Below are positions 1 to 9,446 of a DNA stretch of 64,000 nucleotides, piece after piece. This DNA comes from Verrucomicrobiota bacterium. Lineage in GTDB: Bacteria; Verrucomicrobiota; Verrucomicrobiia; Opitutales; Opitutaceae. The notes under the pieces are model-generated. The model saw only the letters and a program-made list of their open reading frames with translations. It ran no database searches and was not told the DNA's origin. The DNA lies in assembly GCA_016871755.1 (NCBI GenBank), contig VHCJ01000003.1, positions 94,053-158,052 of the forward strand, written 5' to 3'. A program made the translations under genes and the position numbers. The number at the start of each line of letters is the position of its first letter. Positions within the stretch are counted from its first letter, which is position 1.

Positions 1-625
1 GGAATTCCGTCTTCGTCCACGGCGACCAGACGCCGTGATGGTGAATGTGGTCGGGCGGGTAATCGTCACTCACCAGCGCGCCCGCCGGCGAGAAGATGGG
101 GTGCAGGTAGCCTGCCCGGTGATACTCGACCGGGATGCCGGGCCGCGGCACGGCGGCGGGATCGAGGTGGTAGCTGAGCACCGCGCGTTCGGCGTCGCGG
201 AAGGCCAGGGCACCTCGGGTCTCCCCTGACTCGACTCCCCCGGCGGCGGGGGTGTCCGGCTCCGTCGCGAGGCGGAGGACCAAGGTCTCCCCGGCGGCCT
301 GCCAGGGGACCACCAGAGATGCGGCGCCGTCGGGCTCCGCCTGCACCGGCCAGCGGTTTCCGCGCTCATCGGTCGCCGTGGTGGGCGGCGGCAGGGCCGG
401 GGGCGGGGTGAAGCGGATCACCTGCCCTGCGCGGTCGACCGGCGCCGGAGAGAGCGTGAGCGAGGCGGGCGCTGCCGCAGCGGCCGCCGGCGTCGGTGCC
501 GCGGGCAACCTTCCTGCCGCCATCCCCAGCATCAGCGCCGCGCCCGCGAGCAGCGCGGAGGCGAGGCGGACGGAGGCGGGGGCGAGAGGGGAAGAGCGAA
601 ACACGGTGGAGATCGGCAGGCTCAT
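1..625 (-). CDS. PmoA-family (DUF6807-like) exported protein, 5' part only (gene continues past the left window edge)
   Basis: Absent from the ORF track because it has no stop in the window. Manual translation of the minus strand from ATG 625-623 gives MSLPISTVFRSSPLAPASVRLASALLAGAALMLG (signal-like) ... RAGYLHPIFSPAGALVSDDYPPDHIHHHGVWSPWTKTEF. I associate the P-x-DH-x-HHHG-x-W block with the PmoA/DUF6807 family. The ATG overlaps the TGA of the upstream gene (ATGA at 622-625). Confidence 0.55.
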   Translation of the reverse strand, partial: MSLPISTVFRSSPLAPASVRLASALLAGAALMLGMAAGRLPAAPTPAAAAAAPASLTLSPAPVDRAGQVIRFTPPPALPPPTTATDERGNRWPVQAEPDGAASLVVPWQAAGETLVLRLATEPDTPAAGGVESGETRGALAFRDAERAVLSYHLDPAAVPRPGIPVEYHRAGYLHPIFSPAGALVSDDYPPDHIHHHGVWSPWTKTEF

Positions 626-1083
626 TCCCAGTACTCCGCCCAACTCGTCGCTGTTTCCGTCACGCGCACGCGCTCCACCCGCACGAGCGGGCGTACGGGA
701 TAGCGGGCATCCGCCGGGCCCGCGGCCGCGAGGGCTCGGAGCGTGTCGCGCGCGGAGGCGAAGATGTGTTGCGCCATCACTTCGCTGGTGGGGTCGACGT
801 GGTCGAAGCACACCACGCGATCCCCGTACGCCGTCTGAAGGTGCGCCGCCTGCGGGTCCTCCGAATTGATCGCCATGCTGTGGTCGAAGCGGTCGAGGAA
901 GGGTCCGAGCCCCTGCTTGATCGCCTTGAAGTCGACGACCATGTCGCGGTCATCCAGCGTGTCGGCCACGAGCACGATCTCGACGGTCCGGCTGTGCCCG
1001 TGGGGAAAGCGGCAGGCTCCGGGGTGTTTGGAGAGCATGTGGCCGCTCTCCACGACGAAACTCTTGGCAATGCGGTAGGGCAT
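622..1083 (-). CDS. queD: 6-carboxy-5,6,7,8-tetrahydropterin synthase-like protein (QueD / PTPS-I type)
   Basis: ORF 622..1125 trimmed to the internal ATG at 1083 (MPYRIAKSFVVESGHML...). The CxxxHGH motif (ACRFPHGHSRTVEIV) is typical of QueD-type PTPS. Size is about 150 aa. Confidence 0.65.
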   Translation of the reverse strand: MPYRIAKSFVVESGHMLSKHPGACRFPHGHSRTVEIVLVADTLDDRDMVVDFKAIKQGLGPFLDRFDHSMAINSEDPQAAHLQTAYGDRVVCFDHVDPTSEVMAQHIFASARDTLRALAAAGPADARYPVRPLVRVERVRVTETATSWAEYWE

Positions 1084-1148
1084 GGCGGTTCCCCGCATGA
1101 CGCCGGGCCGAGGGGTCCGGGGCAAGGACGAACGATGCCCGGCGGATG

Positions 1149-2576
1149 CTACACGGCTTGGGCGTGCCGGCGGGCCGTGGCTTGGAAGGTCGGGTCGAAC
1201 CGCGAGGCCACCACGCGCAGCAGCGGGGCGCCGCGCGGGGTGACGCGGAGGCCGGCGTCGTCGCGCTCCACGATGCCGTCCGTCTCCAGGTCGCCGAGCG
1301 AGCCAACTTCGGTCGCATAGCGCGTCGCGACGTCCACGCCCAGCCGGCGGTCAAGGTCGGCAAAGTCGAGCCGCCGCCGACACATGATGTCCATCACCAG
1401 TTCGCGCCGCCGCTGGTCCTCCGCGGTGAGCCAGAGCCCGCGCTCGACCGGCAGTTGGCCGGCGTCGAGGGCGGCGTGCCACGCGCCGAGGGTCTTGTGG
1501 TTCTGGCGGTACGAGTTGGCGGTCTGCGAGATCGACGAGACCCCGAAGCCGTAAAGCGAGGCGCCGGCGCGGGTGGTGTAGCCTTGGAAGTTCCGGTGCA
1601 GGGTGCCGTCGTGGAGGGCGACGGCGAGTTCGTCGCCGGGTCGGGCGAAGTGATCGAGTCCGATGTCGAGGTAGCCCGCGCCGGTGAGGCGCTCGTGCGC
1701 GAGCGCGAACATCGCGAGCTTTTCCTCCGGTGCCGGAAGCTGGGCCCTTTGCTCAAAGATGCGCTGCGAGGGCTTCATCCAGGGCACGTGCGCGTAGCTG
1801 AAGACCGAGAGGCGTTCGGGCGCGAGGCCGAGGACGTCGTCCAGCGTGCGCGCGAAGGTCTCTGTGGTTTGCAGCGGCAGGCCGTGGATGAGATCGAGAT
1901 TGATCGAGGTCACCCCGGCGGCGCGGAGCCAGTCCACGGCTTGCCGGTTCTGCGCGTGCGGCTGGATGCGGTTGATCGCGCGCTGGACGGCGGCGTCGGT
2001 GTCCTGCACGCCGAGCGAGGCGCGGTTCACGCCCATCTCCTGCAGCGCGGCGACGTGTTCCGCGCTGAGCCGGCGTGGATCGACCTCGACGCTGATCTCG
2101 GCGTCGTCCGCGAACACGAAGCGCCCGCGCAGCAGATGGGTCAGGCGTCGTAGTTGCTCCGGCGTGAGGAAGGTCGGGGTGCCTCCGCCGAGGTGCAGTT
2201 GCACGACCGGGCGACCGGGCCGCATGCGCGCAGCGGTGAGATCGAGCTCGCGGGCGAGGAGATCGAGGTAGCCATCGGCCGCGCCGTGGCGGCGGGTGAT
2301 GACGGTGTTGCAGCCGCAGTACCAGCAGAGCGACTCGCAGAAAGGCAGGTGCACATACAGCGACACCGGACCGGCCTCGACGGTGTTGTCCTCGGCGAGC
2401 CGGGCGTTGAGGTCGAGCGCGCCGACATCCGCGTGAAACTGCGTCGCCGGTGGGTAGGACGTGTACCGGGGTGCGGGTCCCGAGTAGCGGCGGATGAGGT
2501 CGAGATCCAACGGTGCGACCGTGGCGCGTGCGGCAGCCGCTCCCGAGAGCGGGTCCAGATCTTGTGGGGAGATCAT
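1149..2576 (-). CDS. hemN: oxygen-independent coproporphyrinogen III oxidase (radical SAM, HemN)
   Basis: 475-aa ORF with ATG at 2576. It has the radical-SAM CxxxCxxC motif (LPFCESLCWYCGCN) and the HemN-type GGGTPTFL block, at full HemN length. Confidence 0.9.
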   Translation of the reverse strand: MISPQDLDPLSGAAAARATVAPLDLDLIRRYSGPAPRYTSYPPATQFHADVGALDLNARLAEDNTVEAGPVSLYVHLPFCESLCWYCGCNTVITRRHGAADGYLDLLARELDLTAARMRPGRPVVQLHLGGGTPTFLTPEQLRRLTHLLRGRFVFADDAEISVEVDPRRLSAEHVAALQEMGVNRASLGVQDTDAAVQRAINRIQPHAQNRQAVDWLRAAGVTSINLDLIHGLPLQTTETFARTLDDVLGLAPERLSVFSYAHVPWMKPSQRIFEQRAQLPAPEEKLAMFALAHERLTGAGYLDIGLDHFARPGDELAVALHDGTLHRNFQGYTTRAGASLYGFGVSSISQTANSYRQNHKTLGAWHAALDAGQLPVERGLWLTAEDQRRRELVMDIMCRRRLDFADLDRRLGVDVATRYATEVGSLGDLETDGIVERDDAGLRVTPRGAPLLRVVASRFDPTFQATARRHAQAV

Positions 2577-2757
2577 GGCCCCAGCATGCCACGCCGGCGG
2601 CGGACCGGCTCCGCATCGATTGACGAGGAGCGGGCGTTTCTTGCCGGGGGGAGATTGCCGCCGAGGCGGGCGGAGGCCGGCTAGGCGTAGCAGCCCACTC
2701 GGCGAGCCCGAGGCAGGTGGCGCTGCGGCGGCGATCGGGGCCCAGGCCGTTGCCGGC

Positions 2758-3372
2758 CTAGGTGCCGTAGAGGCGGTCGCCGAAGTCGCCGAGGCCGGGG
2801 AGGATGTACTTTCGTTCGTTCAGGCCGCGGTCGTGCGCGGCGGTGTAGACCGGGACGTCGGGATGCGCGGCGTGCAGGGTGGCCACGCCTTCGGGCGCAC
2901 TGACGACACAGGCCATGCGCAGCGCCGTCGCGCCGTGCGACTTCAGGAGCGTCAGGGCCTGCGCCGCGCTGCCTCCCGTCGCGAGCATCGGGTCCACGAG
3001 CACCACCGTCCGGCCCGCCAGCGGGGGAAGTCTGCAGTAGTAGCTGTGCGCCACCGCCGTCGCATGATCCCGCTCCAATCCGACGTAGCCGACGCTGACG
3101 TCGGGGAAGAGGTCGATGAAGGGCTGCACCAAGCCAAGGCCCGCGCGCAGGATGGGCACAACGACGAGGGGCCGCGCGAGGCGCTGTCCCGCGGTCGGCT
3201 CCAGCGGGGTGGTCACGGTCGTTTCCCGCGTCGCCAGGTCGCGCGTGCACTCCATCGCCAGCAGCAATCCGAGGCGGTGCGCGAGGGCGCGGAACTCCGC
3301 CGGCGGCGTGTCGCGGTCGCGCAGGCTGGCGACGAGATGCGAGGCAAGCGGATGACGCAGGGGGTGGAGCAT
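2758..3372 (-). CDS. upp: uracil phosphoribosyltransferase
   Basis: ORF 2758..3693 trimmed to the in-frame ATG at 3372 (MLHPLRHPLASHLVASLRD...). It has the PRPP loop VVLVDPMLATGGSA and the C-terminal YILPGLGDFGDRLYGT. Confidence 0.9.
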   Translation of the reverse strand: MLHPLRHPLASHLVASLRDRDTPPAEFRALAHRLGLLLAMECTRDLATRETTVTTPLEPTAGQRLARPLVVVPILRAGLGLVQPFIDLFPDVSVGYVGLERDHATAVAHSYYCRLPPLAGRTVVLVDPMLATGGSAAQALTLLKSHGATALRMACVVSAPEGVATLHAAHPDVPVYTAAHDRGLNERKYILPGLGDFGDRLYGT

Positions 3373-3409
3373 GGGCGGGAGGCTTCGACCGGGAACAGGA
3401 AAACCGGGA

Positions 3410-4114
3410 TCAGAGGAGGCCTCGCTCGACCTTGCGCTCCAGGATGCGTTCGAGCTCCTTGCGCAGGATCTTCTCCTTGCCGCGCAGGCCGGGCATGCGC
3501 GCGAGCCAGTGGTAGACTTCCTCCTGCAGGTGCCGGGGCAGCACGGGCTCCAGCGCCGCCACTTTCTCCAGCGCGCGCACGACCGAAAGCGCGATGCGGT
3601 CGCAGACGATCGAGGCGGTCGCGGAGGCGTGCTGGCCGGCGAGGTGGAGCACTTCGTCGCGCGGGCGCAGCCGCCGGCGCTGCTTCTGCACAAGCCGGTA
3701 GTCGATCAGGCTCTCCATGTGCAGCGTCAGGGTCCGGGGATAAAAGCTCGCCATCAGGTTCCACGGATCGCCGCGGCCTTGATCACCCGCGCCGCGCAGG
3801 TCGCTGCGCAGCACGACCGAGGGAATGTCCGCGAACTTCGCGAGCATGAACTCCACCACCGTCCCGGCGTCGAGCTCGGTGCCGTCGAAGTTGAACAGCG
3901 CGAGGTCGCACTCAAAGAGCGCCCGGATGTCCTGGTCACGGATGGTCTGTGGATGCAGGCCCCGGAGTTCAAAGTCCTGCGGCAGTCGGCAAAGGAAGCG
4001 GCCGTGGGATTTTTCGTAGATCGCCTCGGCGAGGTACGCGTTGCCGACGAGGTGTTTGATGCTGAACAACTCGCTCGCGAAATAGACGGAAAGGCGCCGG
4101 GGCTTCTTCTTCAT
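3410..4114 (-). CDS. nucleoside 2-deoxyribosyltransferase-like protein with a C-terminal helical extension
   Basis: 234-aa ORF. VYFASELFS ... LFNFDGTELDAGTVVEFMLAKFADIPSVVL follows the NDT-like Rossmann pattern. About 100 extra C-terminal residues have no family I recognise. Confidence 0.55.
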   Translation of the reverse strand: MKKKPRRLSVYFASELFSIKHLVGNAYLAEAIYEKSHGRFLCRLPQDFELRGLHPQTIRDQDIRALFECDLALFNFDGTELDAGTVVEFMLAKFADIPSVVLRSDLRGAGDQGRGDPWNLMASFYPRTLTLHMESLIDYRLVQKQRRRLRPRDEVLHLAGQHASATASIVCDRIALSVVRALEKVAALEPVLPRHLQEEVYHWLARMPGLRGKEKILRKELERILERKVERGLL

Positions 4115-4382
4115 GCCGTTGGGTGAGGCGATCGGGAGAGGATGCTGCGGGAGGACGCGGCCCGGGGCAAGGCCCCGCTCGCGCGGGTGGCCGGCCGCGG
4201 TCCTCGCGCCCCTGCGCTAAAGCAGGGGCCCTGCCAACGCCGGGCCGCACCGCCGCCGGGCCGCGTCGGCGTCGGTGGTCGCTTGCGCCCCTTCCGGGAT
4301 CGTCGCGCGTCGCGAGAGCGGCGTCGCGCCGCACGCGAGGTTGGGAACGGGATCGCCGCACGCGCCTCGGCGCCGGTCGGAC

Positions 4383-6854
4383 CTACGGCTGCAGCGTGAG
4401 GGTGTGCCGCGTCGCTCCGGGCAGGAAGGGGGTCGCTTCGCCGCGGACCCATGCGTCGTGACCGGTCCGGAAGTACGGTGAGAGGGGATGGCCGCTCTGG
4501 CCGCCGGGTTGATGGAAGATGGCTTCGGCCTCGCGACCCGGTGCCACCACCATGCGTTCACTGGCGCCATCGGTCGGGGTCTGCACGCGCGGCAGGTCGG
4601 AATCTCCCGGCAGTCCCTGAGCCGGCATGCGGAGGGCGTCCGCCAGCCATCCGGGCAGCAGGGACGTGAAGGGGTGCTGCATCCGGAGCCGGTTGCGCTC
4701 ACCCCACGTCGCCTTCGCGATCGGGAGGTCCCGGCGGTCGAGTTCCGCCACGACGTCGTCCGCCGCCGCGAGTTCGAGGGCGCGCCAGGAGGCGTACTCC
4801 GGCGCGAGGAGGTGCAGGGGTTGCTGCTCAAGCAGGGCCTGGAGGGGGAGTTCGTAGGGGAGGGTTCGGAAATCGAACCGCGGCCAGACGTCCACGCAGG
4901 GCGCGAAGATCGGGGTGAGCGCCCGGTTCGCGACGGCCGAGCGCCAGGCGCGGACGAGGCGGTAGCTGACGCTTTCGACGCGGGCGCGGCCGTCCCACTC
5001 CTGAACCGCGCGGCGGAGTTCGGCGCGCCGGGGGTGCTTTGCCACCGCCTCGTCGTCGAGGCTGGCCACGAGCCATCGCTGCCACCGGTCGAGGCGGGTG
5101 TTGCGGTCGTCGAGCGCGATGGCGAGGAGGTCGGCGGGCGCCACGGCCTGGCCGCTGGCCGCGTGGTTCGCCTGGAGTTCGCGGAGGCGGTCGCGGATCC
5201 GTCCGCCGCGTGTCGCTTCATCATAGCCTTGCTCCCCCAGACGGTCGAGGGCGTCCGCACCGACGAGACGTTGGTTCGCGGTCCAGAGAACGCCTCCAGG
5301 CGGCGCGATGATGACGGGGATCTGGTCTGGCGGGAGGAATCCGCTCCAGCCGCGGTCGCCATAGGCCCACGGCACGGGGAGGCGGCCGTCGTGTCCGAAG
5401 CGTTCGGGGAGGCGGCCCGCAATCGTCCAGGCGAGGCGACCGTTCCGGTCGGCGGCGAGCAGGTTCTGCGGGGGAATGCCAGTCTCGTGCGCGAGCGCGA
5501 TCAGTTCGTCGACGGACCGGGCGGTCTCAAACGAAAGCAGGCGGAGGTTGACCGCTTTCGGATCGTGGAAGGTCCAGCGGTAGGCGAGGGGATGGCGCGT
5601 GGGAGACTCGCCGATGATCGGGCCCCATCGCGTCCAGCGGGTCTCAAGGCTTTCGTCGTCGCCGCCCTTTACGTGGATGGTCTGCTGGCGGCGTTCGAAG
5701 TCCACTGGCCTGCCTTCCACCAGGTACATGGCTTCAGGCAGGCGGGCGTCGGGCTGCACGCGCACCAGGTCGCCGCTGTCGGTGTAGCTGTTGGTGAAAC
5801 CCCAGGCGACGTGTCCGTTGCTGCCCACGACCATCGCCGGGGCTCCCGGGAGGGTGGCGCCGGTGACGTCGTGCCCGACCCCGTCCGGGTCGGTCCACCG
5901 GAAACGCGCGCGGTACCACACCGTGGGGACCGAGAGTCCAAGGTGCATGTCGTTCTCGAGCAGCGCCGGGCCTCCGGCCAACGCGCCTTCCACGCCGAAG
6001 CTGTTCGAACCGGGTCGGCTCTCGCGGTGGCCATCGGTGACGAAGCCGAAGCTCCGGCGTGCGTCGGGGGGCGGTTGCCGGGCGGCGGGTCGGGTGGGGA
6101 GGGGTGAGGCGGGATCGCCGGATCGGAGATTCAGGGAACGTTCCGACGGTACCGGCGCGAGCGGGGCCGTCGTGCCATCCAGCGCCGAGTCTTCCGGGCC
6201 GATCCGCGGGGCGAAGAAGGCCAGCGCACCGGCCCCGAGCGTTTCCCGGAGGGTGATGAGGGTGCGCTCAAACTTCCCGCTGTGGTCCTGCAGGTCGAGG
6301 GCCATGGCGTGAATGCACAGGATCGTGTCCTCCGGATGCCAGGCGACGGGATCAAGGCGAAGAACGTCGTACTCCCACGGCCGCGGGGCCGACTGCAGTG
6401 CGTGGTTCACGCCCTCGGCGTAGGCGGTGAGGAGCGTGCGCTCCCGTTCGGGCAGGGTGGCGAGGGTTCGCCCGGCGAGGTCGCGAAACGCGTGGATGCG
6501 GGCCTGCCGATCGAGCGGGAGCGCGGCGGCGCCGAAGAGTTCCGCGAGTTCCCCGGCCGAGCGGCGCCGCAGGAGATCCATCTGGAAGAAGCGATCCTGG
6601 GCATGGACGAAGCCCGTGGCCCGGGCGAGGTCCTCCCGGGTGCGCGCCGTGAAGGTCGGCACGCCGAGCGCGTCGCGTTCCACGGTGACCGGCGCCGTGA
6701 GCCCCGGCAGGCTGCGCGGGCCGTCCAACTGCGGCAGGCTGCGCTCGAGGCGTTTCCAGCCCCACGCCAGCGCGGCGAGGAGCAGGAGGGCGACGAGGCT
6801 GGCGCCAATCCCGGTGAAGCGGAGGAGCCGGGGCCAGCGGGAAGGCGCGGACAT
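4383..6854 (-). CDS. penicillin acylase family protein (Ntn hydrolase, peptidase S45; penicillin amidase / acyl-homoserine-lactone acylase type)
   Basis: 823-aa ORF with an N-terminal membrane anchor or signal (IGASLVALLLLAALAWGW) and an internal GSNSFGV (candidate N-terminal nucleophile Ser of the beta chain). The layout throughout resembles penicillin amidase. Confidence 0.85.
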   Translation of the reverse strand: MSAPSRWPRLLRFTGIGASLVALLLLAALAWGWKRLERSLPQLDGPRSLPGLTAPVTVERDALGVPTFTARTREDLARATGFVHAQDRFFQMDLLRRRSAGELAELFGAAALPLDRQARIHAFRDLAGRTLATLPERERTLLTAYAEGVNHALQSAPRPWEYDVLRLDPVAWHPEDTILCIHAMALDLQDHSGKFERTLITLRETLGAGALAFFAPRIGPEDSALDGTTAPLAPVPSERSLNLRSGDPASPLPTRPAARQPPPDARRSFGFVTDGHRESRPGSNSFGVEGALAGGPALLENDMHLGLSVPTVWYRARFRWTDPDGVGHDVTGATLPGAPAMVVGSNGHVAWGFTNSYTDSGDLVRVQPDARLPEAMYLVEGRPVDFERRQQTIHVKGGDDESLETRWTRWGPIIGESPTRHPLAYRWTFHDPKAVNLRLLSFETARSVDELIALAHETGIPPQNLLAADRNGRLAWTIAGRLPERFGHDGRLPVPWAYGDRGWSGFLPPDQIPVIIAPPGGVLWTANQRLVGADALDRLGEQGYDEATRGGRIRDRLRELQANHAASGQAVAPADLLAIALDDRNTRLDRWQRWLVASLDDEAVAKHPRRAELRRAVQEWDGRARVESVSYRLVRAWRSAVANRALTPIFAPCVDVWPRFDFRTLPYELPLQALLEQQPLHLLAPEYASWRALELAAADDVVAELDRRDLPIAKATWGERNRLRMQHPFTSLLPGWLADALRMPAQGLPGDSDLPRVQTPTDGASERMVVAPGREAEAIFHQPGGQSGHPLSPYFRTGHDAWVRGEATPFLPGATRHTLTLQP

Positions 6855-6897
6855 GAGGCGGTGGCGAGGGGGTGGAGGTGCGACGCGCGGTGCCCGA

Positions 6898-7702
6898 CTA
6901 GTCGGAGCCGGCGATCACCGCCGTGTCCCCGAGTCCCTCCGGGCCCATCGAGAGATAGCCGCCGTCAACCATGAGGGTCGTGCCGGTGATGAACGAGGCA
7001 TCGGCGCTCAGGAGGAAGAGCGTGGGGCGGGCGACCTCGATGGCGTGTCCCATGCGGCGGAGCATGTGGTAGCGGCCCCAGATGGGATCCCACTTCGCGC
7101 GGCCGCCACCGTCGAGATTCGCCGCCTTGTCGGTCTCGTTCGTCCAGATCCAACCTGGGTCGACGCTGTTGACCCGGATGTGATCCGGCGCGAGGTCGAG
7201 CGCCTGGCAGCGCGTGAGTTGGGCGCACGCGCCCTTGGCCGCATTGTACGTCCAGCGGTGCGCCTGCGCGATGTGCGCGGAAATGCTCGAAATGTTCACG
7301 ATCGCGCCGCCGCCCACCTTGCGCTGGTGCGGCACGACGTGCTGCACCATCCGGGCGTACGCGAGGGGGCCGGCCGAGAAGCTGCGCATCCAGCGCCTTC
7401 GCGGTGAAGGCGAAGGCGTTGTTCACGAGGTAGTCGATCCGGCCAAAGGTGGACGCCGTCCGTTCCGCCGCCTCCCGGCAGAACGTCTCATCCGCCATGT
7501 CCCCCGCGAGAAAAAGCACGCGGCGGTCCGGCGTCTGGAGTTCCTCCATCGTGCGTCCGGCCGCTGGGTTCAGGTCGGTGAAGGCCACGGCGGCCCCTTC
7601 CTTCAGCAATTCCTCAACAATGGCTCGGCCGATGCCGGCTCCGCCGCCGGTGACGAGTGCAACCTTGCCGCGGAAGCGGTCGGGAATCGGGGGATGCTGC
7701 AT
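6898..7702 (-). pseudogene. short-chain dehydrogenase/reductase interrupted by a frameshift near 7390-7405
   Basis: ORF 6965..7702 carries the SDR N-terminus (KVALVTGGGAGIGRAI ... YLVNNAFAFTAKALDA) and then turns into Arg/Pro-rich nonsense. ORF 6898..7389, in another frame, carries the remainder (W-MRSFSAGPLAYARMVQ..GGGAIVNISSISAH..YNAAKGA..PGWIWT..LMVDGGY). Confidence 0.75.
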
Positions 7703-7741
7703 GGGAAAAGGAGCTGGGAAGGGACCATGCGCGCCGCACGC

Positions 7742-8041
7742 TCAGCGGCGCCGCAGGTAAACGTACGTGCAGAGAAGCGCCAGCATCACCGTCGGTCCAT
7801 TGATCCACCACGCATTCAGGGGCACGCGGTAACGGTCCACCGCCCACACCATCAGCGCACTCTTCGCGGCGATCAGGACCCAACCCACCACCAGTCCGAT
7901 CTCCAGCCGCCGGTTGCGCGGCTCGCGAACCCGCACCGTCACGTCCCGCACGAACGCTTGGTCGTACTCCGTCCGCGAGGGCGCCTGGCCGGTGAGGAGT
8001 TGGAGCAGGTTGGCAAACATCAGACTGTTACCGTTAGCCAC
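7742..8041 (-). CDS. small hypothetical membrane protein
   Basis: 99-aa ORF with a GTG start at 8041 (alternative ATG at 8020). It has two hydrophobic stretches (IGLVVGWVLIAAKSALMVWAV and PTVMLALLCTYVYL). No family recognised. Confidence 0.4.
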   Translation of the reverse strand: MANGNSLMFANLLQLLTGQAPSRTEYDQAFVRDVTVRVREPRNRRLEIGLVVGWVLIAAKSALMVWAVDRYRVPLNAWWINGPTVMLALLCTYVYLRRR

Positions 8042-8229
8042 TCCGACAGGAAAGGAAAGTCAGGCCTGCAGTGTTGCAGCACCCCAGAGGGGCGCGGTGC
8101 CGCTGGTCGTTTGCGAAAGGAGGTCGGCTGACTCGGTGGAGATGCGGCGAGGAACCTTGCCGACGCTGCTGGGTCCGAATCAGCGGCAAGCGTTGCCGTG
8201 CCTGTCTTCCGCCCTTCTCCTCTTCCTCC

Positions 8230-9387
8230 ATGTTCCGCGCCCGGTTCGTTTCCTGCGTCTTCGCTTCCGTCCCGCTGCTGGCCGCTTCGATCGGGGCGCA
8301 GCCGGCGACGGCTCCTGTCGCTGGCGCCGTCGCGCCCGCCTCCGCGACGAAGGCAGTGACCTACAAGAGCGTCGTTCTGGTCAGCAACCGCGCCGGCGCG
8401 GAGTGGGATGGCAAGGTGCGGGTGCTCGAGGACCACTTGGCGGCGCAGCTCTCGGAGCTGGGGTTTGCGGTGCTGACGCGGGAGGTCGTGGTTGACTCCC
8501 TGCGCGCCTTCGATCCCGCCGTGGCCGCGCTGCCGCGCCCAGCCGATGGGCTGGAGGCGCAGTTGACCGAGCAGAGTTCCGCGTTGCGCCTGGCCCAGAG
8601 CTTGGGCGTGAACTACCTCATTCACGCATCGCTGGCCTCGATCACCGCCACGGACGTGGTCGCCAAGGCCTACGGGGTCGAGACCCGCTCCCGGGAACGG
8701 GCCCTGCGCGTGAGCTACCGGCTGGTGGATGCTTCCGACGGGGGCAGCCTGACCGGCGACACCGTGCGGGTCGCGACCGTGGTGCGGCAGACCGCGAATG
8801 CGGAGACACGGCGGGAGGGTGTGGAGGACGACTTGCTCGACGAGGCGGCGGGGCGGATCGTCGACAGCCTGCGGGTACGGGTGGCCGCGGGGCGCGTGTC
8901 CGCGCGGTCCGCCGTCGCGGAGAAAGTGATGCTGACGCTGCGTCTGGAGGCGGCGGATCTCCTGATTCCCGAGGTGCGTCTCGGACCGGAGAACACGGTG
9001 GCGATCAGCGAGTCGAAGTACCGTCTCACGCCCTTGAACGCGACGGTCGAAATCGACGGGGTCGCCGTTGGCAGCGCCCCCGGCCCGCTCGCCGTGCGGC
9101 CGGGCTTCAGCCGGCTCCGCATCACCCGGGAGGGTTTCGCCCCGTGGGAACGCACGATCAATGCCGTCGAGGGGCAAACCCTCTCAATCGCGCTGACGTT
9201 GTCCGATTCTGGATACGCGCGCTGGAAGGACGCCACGGCGTTCATCAACGCACTCAAGGACGGTGCGCGACTCACCGACGCCGAGGTCAAGGTGCTGGAG
9301 GGCTACGGCAGGATGCTCTCGGAGAGTTTCTCCCGCATGGAGACGAAGGAGAACGTCCGCCTTGTCATCCCGGGCGTGCGGCTCTGA
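8230..9387 (+). CDS. secreted PEGA-domain protein with an N-terminal LpoB/CsgG/FlgO-like module
   Basis: ORF 8071..9387 trimmed to the ATG at 8230 (MFRARFVSCVFASVPLLAASIGAQ, a Sec signal). A PEGA-like block (VRPGFSRLRITREGFAPWERTINAVEGQTLSIALT) lies near the C-terminus. First gene of a five-gene same-strand cluster. Confidence 0.6.
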   Translation: MFRARFVSCVFASVPLLAASIGAQPATAPVAGAVAPASATKAVTYKSVVLVSNRAGAEWDGKVRVLEDHLAAQLSELGFAVLTREVVVDSLRAFDPAVAALPRPADGLEAQLTEQSSALRLAQSLGVNYLIHASLASITATDVVAKAYGVETRSRERALRVSYRLVDASDGGSLTGDTVRVATVVRQTANAETRREGVEDDLLDEAAGRIVDSLRVRVAAGRVSARSAVAEKVMLTLRLEAADLLIPEVRLGPENTVAISESKYRLTPLNATVEIDGVAVGSAPGPLAVRPGFSRLRITREGFAPWERTINAVEGQTLSIALTLSDSGYARWKDATAFINALKDGARLTDAEVKVLEGYGRMLSESFSRMETKENVRLVIPGVRL

Positions 9388-9446
9388 GCCGGGGTCGTTC
9401 TGCCGCGCGTCCGCCTGGGTCCTCTTTCCCTGCCGAGTTTTTCGCC

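Noticed and set aside
2-7. GAATTC at the very start of the window and GGATCC near the end (63972-63977), considered as cloning-site or vector artefacts
   Set aside because: GAATTC occurs many times inside the window within ordinary genes, and the first site lies inside a continuous coding frame. There is no vector-like sequence.
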